Shown: positions 56,041 to 64,000 of the stretch, piece after piece | Position numbering within the stretch: the stretch's first letter is position 1 | How the letters are laid out: every line of letters begins with the position of its first letter | Position numbers and translations under genes: made by a program | The notes under the pieces: model-generated | What the model saw: only the letters and a program-made list of their open reading frames with translations | The model's database searches: none | What the model was told of the DNA's origin: nothing | Sequence record: MH460460.1 | Strand: one strand, 5' to 3' | DNA length: 64,000 nucleotides

Positions 56041-57120
56041 GCCTTTAACTTTTTTAATCTCGCGTTTCCATCCCAACTTCTTAGCCGGAATAAAACATTT
56101 ATCTCCGTGCGTCTCTTTCAGAAATCCTTTCACCTCTTTGATGATACTCAACGGCGCATTATCCGGATCGAGTTTAATCAACTTTCCTTTCTCGTCTTTC
56201 TCTCGCGGCAATTTAAAATGCTTGATGCGGATTAAAGATGACTTGCCAAACTCCGCTGCAATCTTATCTCGCAACAACTTCCCGCCGCCGTCATTATCTG
56301 TCATTGTGTATACGGTACTGACTCCCATCATTTCAACGATGCGTCGTTTCTCTTTGCCAAACTGTTCTGCACCTAAAACAGCTAACGCAGGAATTCCGTA
56401 ACTCAATAACGCAAGCGCGTCGCGTGGCCCTTCAACCAACACAACATACTTCAATTTATATTTCTTCAACATATCACGCACAAGTTGAATCGGGAATAAA
56501 CCTTTTGATTTAGCCCAATCGCCTTGCGAGTTAACATAGCTTGTTCCGTTGATTTGTTTCGTTAGATACGCAGCAACACCGCCGATGTATTTCGTTCCGA
56601 CCTTACATGGAAAGAAACAAACGTTTGTTCCTGTTCGTTGTGCATTCAACAACCCACCTGCTGCACGTACAAGCGATCCCGGATACGTGCGCCACTCAAC
56701 ATCTTCGGGCCATTCCATGTAACTATCACGACGCAGCGCTTTCATTAGCATTGCTACCGTTGAATATGTGCCGACCTTGTTCGCCATTTTATCGTAAGTC
56801 TGACGCAACGCACTGAGAGAGTTTTCTCCTGCGTCTTTCATGCGCCATTCTTTTATTTCCTGCAATCCTGCCTTGCGTGCAAGATCATTCCACGAACCTT
56901 TTTCACCGCAACCGAAGCAATGAAAAAATCCCAAAGGAATTTCCATGCCAACGGAAGTATAGATTCCGCAGCTTGGAGATTTATCGTCGTGGAATGGGCA
57001 ACATACAATGATAGATTCTGCCGCAAACTTTTTATCTCCGGGAAGTTTTGCGATTTCTTCCATTACTGTTTGATGCACGTCACTCATACAATAACCCCTG
57101 TTTGAAATACTAATTTTCAC
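56032..57120 (-). CDS. dnaG: DnaG-type DNA primase
   Basis: CPFHDDKSPS...FHCFGCG zinc finger; TOPRIM VEGPRDAL and DNDGGG. Confidence 0.92.
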   Translation of the reverse strand: MKISISNRGYCMSDVHQTVMEEIAKLPGDKKFAAESIIVCCPFHDDKSPSCGIYTSVGMEIPLGFFHCFGCGEKGSWNDLARKAGLQEIKEWRMKDAGENSLSALRQTYDKMANKVGTYSTVAMLMKALRRDSYMEWPEDVEWRTYPGSLVRAAGGLLNAQRTGTNVCFFPCKVGTKYIGGVAAYLTKQINGTSYVNSQGDWAKSKGLFPIQLVRDMLKKYKLKYVVLVEGPRDALALLSYGIPALAVLGAEQFGKEKRRIVEMMGVSTVYTMTDNDGGGKLLRDKIAAEFGKSSLIRIKHFKLPREKDEKGKLIKLDPDNAPLSIIKEVKGFLKETHGDKCFIPAKKLGWKREIKKVKGKK

Positions 57121-57152
57121 TATCGAATAACCTGAATTTACAGATTACGCTT

Positions 57153-57488
57153 ATGAACACAACGAACTATGCTTCCAATATTGTGCATCGAATTTATCCG
57201 GCTTTTTGGGTTCGATTCTGTAAATTGCTGGATATAGACGTGCGCGATTATGCTGTCTTCAAAGACGGATCACTTATCGGCCTGTCCATCCCAATTCCGG
57301 AAGAGAAAACAAAAGAATTCCATGCGGAATTTGAAGAGAAGTTTTTCAATCTGGAACGCATTAGCATTGAAACAGAACCAGTGCGGCACTATGTTGTTAA
57401 ACAAGGATCATTCTTTTTCGATGTTTATTTCTTCGAGAAGAACATTTCAATTGAGGTGAACAGTGCGACAAATCCGAAACTTGTATGA
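57153..57488 (+). CDS. Hypothetical protein
   Basis: 111-aa ORF. Confidence 0.55.
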   Translation: MNTTNYASNIVHRIYPAFWVRFCKLLDIDVRDYAVFKDGSLIGLSIPIPEEKTKEFHAEFEEKFFNLERISIETEPVRHYVVKQGSFFFDVYFFEKNISIEVNSATNPKLV

Positions 57489-58542
57489 CACTCGCCAGCT
57501 TTCGCGTGTCGGGCGATTAATTGATATGGCGCTTGATGTTACTGTTCCGGAAAAACGCTACCCAAAGAAACGCGTTAGTCCTAGTATGTTTCCGATTTGC
57601 AGCATTCAGGAATATGCTGCACGACTCTACGAAAAGCATAACAAACATCTTTCCGGTGAGTCTGGAACCATGCTAAATATTTTTGCCAAAGCGGGAACAG
57701 GAATGCACGAAAGCATTCAGAACGCATTAGGCAATACCGGGCAAATGGTTGGTCACTGGAAATGCAGTAACCCCGATTGCGAAGAACATCCGAAAACAAA
57801 AAGTGTTTACGAAAACGGCAAGCGTATTAAAAAAGGAAAACATACGCGCACGCACTCATGCGACAATATTTGTCCGAAGTGCAAAAAACCAATGGCGTAT
57901 AGTGAGCTAAAAGTTCTCTACAAAAGTTTGAAAGGATATGTAGATGGACTGATCGACAACCTTGATGGAACTTACAGTCTCATTGACTTGAAGAGTACCA
58001 CTGTCACGAAAGCGGCAGACGGAACTTTCTTTGTTAAGTATCATCGTTATCAGATCGCAACTTACGCATACATTCTGAAAAAACGTTACGGCTACAACAT
58101 CGTTGATTATACGCTGGTGTACGTTCCTCGCGACAACCCGAAAAAATTCGTTGAGAAGAGTTTTGTATTCGACGAAGCTGAATCTAAAATCGCATACAAG
58201 TTTATGATGAAACAGATTCGCGCATGGGATGCCGTGATGAAATCCGTTCGTAAAAAAGATCCTTCATACGCAATCGAAAAGAAACCGTGCAAATCTCCTG
58301 AATACTATTGGGATGAGTTTCATAAATATGATACTTGCCCGTTTGTGGATCACTGTTTCATTACGTCTCGCATGGTTGCGTTTCTGGGGGAAATGGAAAA
58401 ACGAATTATGGCAAACCCTTCTCTGTCTTTCGCCGAAGTGGTGAAAACAAATCCATCGGCTGTTAAGAAAATGGAAGGTGGCCTTTTGCCTAAGAAGCAA
58501 AAGAAAACAGAGAAGCGTATCGTAAAACAATTTGAACTTTGA
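57463..58542 (+). CDS. Cas4/RecB-like PD-(D/E)xK exonuclease
   Basis: SPS...C, GT.MH, GYVDG, IDLKS, QIATY and terminal C...CPF..HC; RBS GAGGTG. Confidence 0.8.
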   Translation: MRQIRNLYDTRQLSRVGRLIDMALDVTVPEKRYPKKRVSPSMFPICSIQEYAARLYEKHNKHLSGESGTMLNIFAKAGTGMHESIQNALGNTGQMVGHWKCSNPDCEEHPKTKSVYENGKRIKKGKHTRTHSCDNICPKCKKPMAYSELKVLYKSLKGYVDGLIDNLDGTYSLIDLKSTTVTKAADGTFFVKYHRYQIATYAYILKKRYGYNIVDYTLVYVPRDNPKKFVEKSFVFDEAESKIAYKFMMKQIRAWDAVMKSVRKKDPSYAIEKKPCKSPEYYWDEFHKYDTCPFVDHCFITSRMVAFLGEMEKRIMANPSLSFAEVVKTNPSAVKKMEGGLLPKKQKKTEKRIVKQFEL

Positions 58543-58549
58543 GGTAACT

Positions 58550-58951
58550 ATGAACGTACTTATTTCTTTGAGTGCCACCACTCAAGACAAAGGGCGCACT
58601 GCTCTGGACTCTCCTGAGTCAACCACAACCCACGCGGATCTTTCTGAATATTCTTCTCTGGAAAAACGTTTACGCCAGCACGAAGAAGAAAAACAGAAAA
58701 CCAAAGTGGCAGAAAAAGTCGCACCTAAGAAAACTGTAAAAAGTAAGAAAGGTGACGGCGAAGAATCTAAAGAAGATGATTCTGAGGGCTTCGGCGATGA
58801 TACAAATGATTTTGGATCTGACGATGGAGACGAAAGCGATGATTCAGGTGGAGGCAAAGGAAAGTCGAAAGATTCAGAGGATGAGGAATCCGGAGATTCG
58901 GATGACGAGTCTGGAGATTCTGACGAAGACTTTGCAGACGACGAAGAGTGA
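58550..58951 (+). CDS. Highly acidic protein with N-terminal VLISLSA tag (start revised to ATG 58550)
   Basis: RBS GAGGT; D/E/G/S-rich C-terminal half. Confidence 0.7.
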   Translation: MNVLISLSATTQDKGRTALDSPESTTTHADLSEYSSLEKRLRQHEEEKQKTKVAEKVAPKKTVKSKKGDGEESKEDDSEGFGDDTNDFGSDDGDESDDSGGGKGKSKDSEDEESGDSDDESGDSDEDFADDEE

Positions 58952-58973
58952 TCTTAATCCGTTTCATACGGGA

Positions 58974-59489
58974 ATGGGTGACTACGAAAGTTTAAGAGCG
59001 TGTTTGGTTGCGATTGATACGATCATGAAAAGCTCGCAGGTTTACCCGCGCATTGATTACGGCATGGTACGCAAGAATAACTTTCTTGTTATCAATCGCC
59101 TTTGGATGCAAGGTAAGCCTGACGCGCAGCATCGCTTGCGTGCGGAGATTGGCGCAGAAATAAATTGCGCTTGGTTACTTCGCGCCATTGAAGCCGTGGC
59201 AATCGAACACGATCTCATTCCTATTATTGTGGATAGCGGAAGCAACTACGAATTAATTTCCCGCGCCACAAAAAGAAACTTAATGCAGGGTGTTGGCATA
59301 TTCGATTACGTTCGTGTGCGGCATCCTGATTCTTTTGATGCGCTGAAATTTCTTTCTGATAAACCTCAAATGAAAATCATTGCGCCGAAGGAGATTATCT
59401 TCGAATGGCTAAATATAAATCATCAATTGCAAAGGCAGCCAAAAAGAGTCCTGCTGCTAAACAGGCCGAACAACGCCAGAAAGCATTGA
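58974..59489 (+). CDS. Hypothetical protein (start uncertain)
   Basis: Start moved downstream of the previous stop. Confidence 0.5.
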   Translation: MGDYESLRACLVAIDTIMKSSQVYPRIDYGMVRKNNFLVINRLWMQGKPDAQHRLRAEIGAEINCAWLLRAIEAVAIEHDLIPIIVDSGSNYELISRATKRNLMQGVGIFDYVRVRHPDSFDALKFLSDKPQMKIIAPKEIIFEWLNINHQLQRQPKRVLLLNRPNNARKH

Positions 59490-60067
59490 AGCAAATTCGC
59501 AACGGCAACTACAGCAAAGGAGTGAAAACTCTCAGCGCTGCAAAAGATAAATCGCGCCGTATGACGAGTGGAGAAAAACGAATTGCTACGGCAACTCCTT
59601 TCACTCCAAAAATTGTTCCGCAACCTCCGCGCACTGCGAAGATGGACAAAGGTGTAAACCTAACAACGTTACTTCGAAACACTCCGCGCTTGATGCGTGA
59701 GAATGCCGAAGAATGTTTAGTTCGCGGTTACAAGAAAACTAAAACCGGGAAAGCACTTCCTGTAGTAATGGCTAAAGTGCGTCACAAAGATCCTTTGCGT
59801 CCTTCAAAAGAAGTTCGTGATTACGAAGTTATGTTTGTGGGTCTGGACGATCCTAATAAACCGATTTCAAAACAAAAGCGCGTCATGGTTAGCTGTCCTT
59901 GTGCGAACTACGTTTTCATGTGGGAGTATGCTAACGCTGAACACGGCGCTGGTCGAATTATTTACGGTAACGGTGAACCACCCGATTACACAAACCCGGC
60001 TCACATTCCGGCTCTGTGTAAGCACGCTGCGGCGCTGGCTACTCGTATTAAAAACAACGGTGATTAA
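59405..60067 (+). CDS. SWIM zinc-finger protein with basic N-terminus
   Basis: VSCPC...LCKH (CxCx(n)CxH). Confidence 0.7.
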   Translation: MAKYKSSIAKAAKKSPAAKQAEQRQKALKQIRNGNYSKGVKTLSAAKDKSRRMTSGEKRIATATPFTPKIVPQPPRTAKMDKGVNLTTLLRNTPRLMRENAEECLVRGYKKTKTGKALPVVMAKVRHKDPLRPSKEVRDYEVMFVGLDDPNKPISKQKRVMVSCPCANYVFMWEYANAEHGAGRIIYGNGEPPDYTNPAHIPALCKHAAALATRIKNNGD

Positions 60068-60245
60068 AAATGCGTTTTGCTGTCTCTCCGGCATTTGATT
60101 TGAACAGGGAAGAAGAGAAACAACTGAAAGAAGTTGTGAGTGAAGTTTTCCTAAATAAACCGCGTGGGCGCAGTCGTGGACAAACACGCAGTCGTGTAAC
60201 CAAACGGCAAAAAGCAATTACCACTTTGTTCTAACAGGTGAAGCT

Positions 60246-60518
60246 ATGTCCGAAACTCAGGTGCATTCCGCTGTCAGACTTATCGAAATCTGGCAGGCGC
60301 TGGAACATAAAAACAAATGTTTCCATTCAGATATTCGCGTTGACGAAGAAGCAATTCAATTGTTGTCTCCGTTCTTTGACAAGATCGGACAGTACAAAGG
60401 AATGTATCTTTCCGGTTTCAACTTACACGTAACGTCTTCTGATAAGACAGACGTTGCATTCACTATTAGTTCAATGCCGCGTACTATCACACATACGCTA
60501 AGGGAAAATTTATCATGA
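60246..60518 (+). CDS. Hypothetical protein
   Basis: 90-aa ORF, RBS AGGTG. Confidence 0.6.
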   Translation: MSETQVHSAVRLIEIWQALEHKNKCFHSDIRVDEEAIQLLSPFFDKIGQYKGMYLSGFNLHVTSSDKTDVAFTISSMPRTITHTLRENLS

Positions 60519-60832
60519 CTTGCTCTCACATTCCGATCCCGCTCTCTGTTTCTCCTTTGGATTCATTTATGCGTAAGCACATCATCGAACGCATTCATCA
60601 ACATCTTGAGGAAATCAAAGAATACGATTCGATCCGGGATTGTGGTTTCTCCCATGAACCTGTCAAGTTCGCGGAGAATGTTTTGATTGATGATGACTTT
60701 CTTTCTCTGCTTCCGTCTGATGCAATCAAACAATTGACAGCCGAACAGATCGAAAACATTCGCGGTCGCATAGCGAAGCGAATTGTTGTTTCCAGCAATG
60801 GAAAAGAATTCGAGATCTCTATGGAGTTCTAA
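60515..60832 (+). CDS. Hypothetical protein
   Basis: ATGA-coupled 105-aa ORF. Confidence 0.6.
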   Translation: MTCSHIPIPLSVSPLDSFMRKHIIERIHQHLEEIKEYDSIRDCGFSHEPVKFAENVLIDDDFLSLLPSDAIKQLTAEQIENIRGRIAKRIVVSSNGKEFEISMEF

Positions 60833-61051
60833 ATGGCATGTGCAACGTGCGGGAATCGGCGGCGCAGATTAACGATGGGTAAAACTGTCGCGTTGCCTGA
60901 TCCGACTCCCATTTCAAATACAATGAGCGCTGCCCGACTTACACCTCATGGTTGGGTGCGCACTTGTACAAAATGCGGAAAAGTTTCTGAACCTTCCGCT
61001 TTCGCTGATACGGTTGTTCAACCGTGTGAGTGCGAAAACAATCCGGAATAA
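60833..61051 (+). CDS. Small Cys-rich (zinc-binding) protein
   Basis: CATCG, CTKCG, CECE. Confidence 0.6.
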   Translation: MACATCGNRRRRLTMGKTVALPDPTPISNTMSAARLTPHGWVRTCTKCGKVSEPSAFADTVVQPCECENNPE

Positions 61052-61575
61052 ATATGGACACTAATAAACTACACTCTCTCGGCATGTATGACTTTGTGAA
61101 AAATCACGCAAGTAAATATGGCCGATGGTGCAACTTTATAGACCGTTCTTCTGTCGTGATGCCATTCGAATTGTTGCGTGACCGAAAGGTTATTCATTAC
61201 AAGTGGCGGCAAAATGTTCCTGAAATTTTCATTCATCCTGTTGTGGATATTATTTTTAGTGCATTACCAGAACAGAACATTGAGAACTTTGGGAAAGAAG
61301 CCTCCGCTCTTTTCGAATGGCTTCGCCTCAATATCAAAGATCATGGTTTTCATTTCCGCTCTTTCGTCTTTAATAACGAAGAAGGCGAGCGTGTCGGTAT
61401 TGTTTATCGTATCTTTGCGAACGAGGATTTTCCGTGCTACATCCATCCCGAATACATCACACACGCAGAAGGCCGCGCACCGTGTCCGGCTTGTTATACT
61501 GCGGTGACTTTCGGAGAATTTCATCCACTGGAAATCAAACCTGTTGATTCCCGTCTCATGGAGAAAACAAAGTGA
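61030..61575 (+). CDS. Hypothetical protein
   Basis: 181-aa ORF (probable ATG at 61054). Confidence 0.6.
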   Translation: MRKQSGINMDTNKLHSLGMYDFVKNHASKYGRWCNFIDRSSVVMPFELLRDRKVIHYKWRQNVPEIFIHPVVDIIFSALPEQNIENFGKEASALFEWLRLNIKDHGFHFRSFVFNNEEGERVGIVYRIFANEDFPCYIHPEYITHAEGRAPCPACYTAVTFGEFHPLEIKPVDSRLMEKTK

Positions 61576-62021
61576 CTCCCGGCTACTGGAAAGTTGTTCC
61601 TAACGAACGTTCCACAACAATCATTCAGGCAATTTGTAGTGCAATAGTTTCTCCGGAAGATCTGGATGACCTGCACGTAACTCTCGCCTACGATAAAAAC
61701 AATCCGGATAACGATATTCCGTTGAGCAATGCGGAATTCAAAGCAACTATTTCCGGTGTTGAATTGTTTGGCGCGAATAACGATATTCTGGTTCTTACTT
61801 TGGAGTCAGAAGATCTACAGCTTGAGCACGCACGCATTCACGAAAACCCAAACGTGAAATTCGATTTCATTCCGTATCGACCGCATATCACTATCGCGAA
61901 AAATTCTACGGAAGCGGAACTCGAATGCCTGCATAATATCATTATGTCTCCGAACATTCCGGCACTGTCGATTGTGCTCGGCGACGAATCGCGAGAAGAC
62001 ATTGATGAAAGTAGAGATTGA
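61572..62021 (+). CDS. acb1: 2H phosphodiesterase, Acb1/T4 gp57B-like (anti-CBASS candidate)
   Basis: Two HxT motifs (LHVTL, PHITI) and LVLTLESEDL..EH...DF.PYRPHIT, which parallels T4 Acb1 as recalled. Confidence 0.7.
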   Translation: MTPGYWKVVPNERSTTIIQAICSAIVSPEDLDDLHVTLAYDKNNPDNDIPLSNAEFKATISGVELFGANNDILVLTLESEDLQLEHARIHENPNVKFDFIPYRPHITIAKNSTEAELECLHNIIMSPNIPALSIVLGDESREDIDESRD

Positions 62022-62286
62022 TCTCGGCAAAGATGCCGAACTAACTCCAAATGCGCAGCGTGCCGAAGACCGCGCTAAAGAACGTCGCCGTCTTAAAGAG
62101 TATGGCGATACTCCGGAAGATGAGATCGAACAGAAGGAAAAGGAAAAGGAAGATCAGGCGGAAGAAAAACGCAAAACTGATAATCCACCGCCTCCTGAAA
62201 ATCTCGGTCAATATAAACCGGAAACTTACGAAAGTCTGGATCAACAACTTTCCCATACGGACAGACAAATTTCTAAAAATCTGTAA
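62005..62286 (+). CDS. Charged E/K-rich hypothetical protein (start revised to ATG 62005)
   Basis: N-terminus MKVEIDLG, similar to MIVEIDLS of 34176..34643. Confidence 0.55.
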   Translation: MKVEIDLGKDAELTPNAQRAEDRAKERRRLKEYGDTPEDEIEQKEKEKEDQAEEKRKTDNPPPPENLGQYKPETYESLDQQLSHTDRQISKNL

Positions 62287-62309
62287 ATAGTGGGTAGGTT
62301 AATTTTTCT

Positions 62310-63359
62310 TTGGGTGCGATAATGTCGGACAAGTCCAATCTTACGGGCGGTCAGACTGAGGAAGTATTAGATACTCTGCTTTACGATTCATTACGCGAGA
62401 TTGTAGAAAATACAGACTTGTTTGATGTTCAGCTTGTCTATCTCCTTAGTTTGATCACTTCGAATAAAAAACGTAAGCCTTACAATGCTGAAACTCGCGA
62501 GCGTGCCATTAGTCTTGTGATCAAAACTCTGACTACTCCACGCGAAATGCGAATGCAGTATCTGGTCGAAGTGAAGATGGAGCGCAACTTCATCTATATC
62601 TTTTTGGAAAATGTTCTGAACAAGTATTATCGCACCTATGTTGATTTGTACCGCATGTTCATTTCAACAACGGATAGCGATAAGCGTGCGATATATGCAA
62701 AACGTTTGGATGTGATTGTTCGCGCCACTGGTGCAAGTTCGCGTTCAAAACTTTTTGTAGCGCTTGTTCGTTTGAATGATATGTTGCCTTTGTTCAAAGA
62801 CTACTTTCATTCTGTCGTTGCTGATTTCTATCGCCTGTGTCAGAAGCACGCGAAGTTTTATATCGACACGAACAAGGGGAAACAATTTGATAGCAAGGAT
62901 GTGAATCAAAATTTCCTGCGAAATGTGTTAATAGCAATAAACAAATACGATAGCGCGAAAGGTGCAATCGTAAGTTATGTTAAGTGGTGGATTCTCAACG
63001 CCCAAACGTGTAGTAGCAGTGATCACGAATATGGTATCGCCTACACAATTCCGCAAACGCAGAAGAAACGTTTGGCTACGAAAGAAGACACTACTTCCGT
63101 GAATTTTTCTGTCAGTCTTGATACTCCGACGAATGAAACTTCTGATGAGGGGATGGACGCATCCCTTCACAATAAAATGGGCAGCGAAAACCTTGAAGAT
63201 TCAGTTAACGGAACGAGACAGGCAGAGAAACTTGGCCTGTTGGTGAAACGTGTTGATCCATTCGGAATCGCTCGCCTGACTATGGATATTCGGGAAGCAT
63301 TCGAAAAGGAAGAATTGGATTTCATGCAAGCCTACATGCGCCGACAAGACTTGTCGTAA
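62310..63359 (+). CDS. Sigma70-like phage RNA polymerase sigma factor
   Basis: Region 2-like VLIAINKYDSAKGAIVSYVKWWI and region 3-like VSLDTP; likely ATG 62322. Confidence 0.75.
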   Translation: MGAIMSDKSNLTGGQTEEVLDTLLYDSLREIVENTDLFDVQLVYLLSLITSNKKRKPYNAETRERAISLVIKTLTTPREMRMQYLVEVKMERNFIYIFLENVLNKYYRTYVDLYRMFISTTDSDKRAIYAKRLDVIVRATGASSRSKLFVALVRLNDMLPLFKDYFHSVVADFYRLCQKHAKFYIDTNKGKQFDSKDVNQNFLRNVLIAINKYDSAKGAIVSYVKWWILNAQTCSSSDHEYGIAYTIPQTQKKRLATKEDTTSVNFSVSLDTPTNETSDEGMDASLHNKMGSENLEDSVNGTRQAEKLGLLVKRVDPFGIARLTMDIREAFEKEELDFMQAYMRRQDLS

Positions 63360-63419
63360 AACTAACACGAATCTGTAAACGTTAAGTATACCGATTCAAC
63401 TCAATATTGAGGATTAAAC

Positions 63420-64000
63420 ATGGCCCGTGGTTTTGATGCCGTTTCAGATAACTCCAGTCGCGATAACCTGCGTGAAAGCGATCTGTGGGAAATCTACCCG
63501 CTCGCAAAGAAAGCGGCTGGACAGTGGACAACACTTCGCATTTTATCGCTCGACTTCTTACCTATTAAGAAGCATTGGGTTCGTATTATGGCTGGCAAAG
63601 AAAAATCTAAGCTGGTTAAGATCCCGGTGATGTGCGTTAACTTCGATCCGGATAGCAAAGATCCTTTGCGCGGTATGAAGTGTCCGTGGTGTGCTCTGGA
63701 ACATGGTGACGATAAATCTGGCGCACCTGCGCAGTATGATTTCAAATGGTATGTTCAGGCGATTTCTCGCGACGAGCAAGAATCTAAGCCGCGCAAACTT
63801 CCGAAACATACTTCTCAGGAAAAGAAAACCGGGAAGAAAGATAAGGATTCCGATTCGTGGACTCCTGTTGTGGTTGTTCCGATTACTAACAGTCTCGCGA
63901 ACAAAATCAAACAACTCGGTGAGCGTAACTTCCATAAAGTGAAGGACAAAAAATCCGGGAAGAAAGTTGAAAAAGCATTCCCGATCAACGATCCGAAATA
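63420..64000 (+). CDS. gp32-like single-stranded DNA-binding protein, N-terminal part (runs off the right edge; absent from the ORF track)
   Basis: Hand translation MARGFDAV...TTLRIL...KHWV...CVNFDP...KCPWC...WYVQAISR; RBS GAGGA; LR.L / HW / CPxC layout as in gp32-like SSBs. Confidence 0.65.
   Translation, partial: MARGFDAVSDNSSRDNLRESDLWEIYPLAKKAAGQWTTLRILSLDFLPIKKHWVRIMAGKEKSKLVKIPVMCVNFDPDSKDPLRGMKCPWCALEHGDDKSGAPAQYDFKWYVQAISRDEQESKPRKLPKHTSQEKKTGKKDKDSDSWTPVVVVPITNSLANKIKQLGERNFHKVKDKKSGKKVEKAFPINDPK

Noticed and set aside
56032-57120. Primase N-terminus MKISIS and SbcC MPGISL as members of the tag family
   Set aside because: They match only part of the motif and lack the hydrophobic-x-hydrophobic-S-[LI]-S register; treated as chance similarity.
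57463-58542. CRISPR-Cas locus
   Set aside because: No repeat-spacer array or other cas genes were seen anywhere in the window.
1-64000. Alternative genetic code, stop-codon readthrough, introns or inteins
   Set aside because: Conserved genes (polA, sbcC, dnaX, dnaG, helicases) are full length and uninterrupted in the standard code with normal motif spacing.

Overview
This 64-kb window is a gene-dense segment of a large (jumbo-type) tailed dsDNA myophage genome. There is no host housekeeping context, rRNA, tRNA or CRISPR array. Positions 1-51136 are almost all on the minus strand and 51280-64000 almost all on the plus strand, with the primase inverted. Replication and recombination genes: family-A DNA polymerase with an N-terminal UDG-like domain, clamp-like protein, DnaX-like clamp loader, DnaG primase, SbcC/SbcD, RuvC, SF2 helicase, Cas4-like nuclease and a gp32-like SSB cut by the right edge. 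Other recognisable genes: a sigma70-like factor, virion genes (tail sheath cut by the left edge, Ig-repeat protein), GH108 endolysin, a Tlde1-like L,D-transpeptidase, an Acb1-like 2H phosphodiesterase and an ART-PolyVal toxin-like protein. The gene set resembles the Erwinia Y3 / Dickeya JA11 / Pseudomonas Lu11 type of jumbo phage (inferred from gene content, not from a search). Main unexplained signals: (1) at least 9 otherwise mostly unrelated proteins share an N-terminal tag M-x-[IVT]-x-[IVFL]-S-[LI]-S, suggesting a capsid-loading or processing signal for injected cargo; (2) a second, exonuclease-less PolA-superfamily polymerase next to an inverted-repeat-rich gap; (3) a ~290-nt structured non-coding element with a pseudoknot and switchable helices before the clamp loader; (4) a perfect 14-nt complement of the 16S rRNA 3' end with no start codon after it; (5) a phage promoter motif AATCTGTAAA in 9 exact copies, mostly before replication genes.
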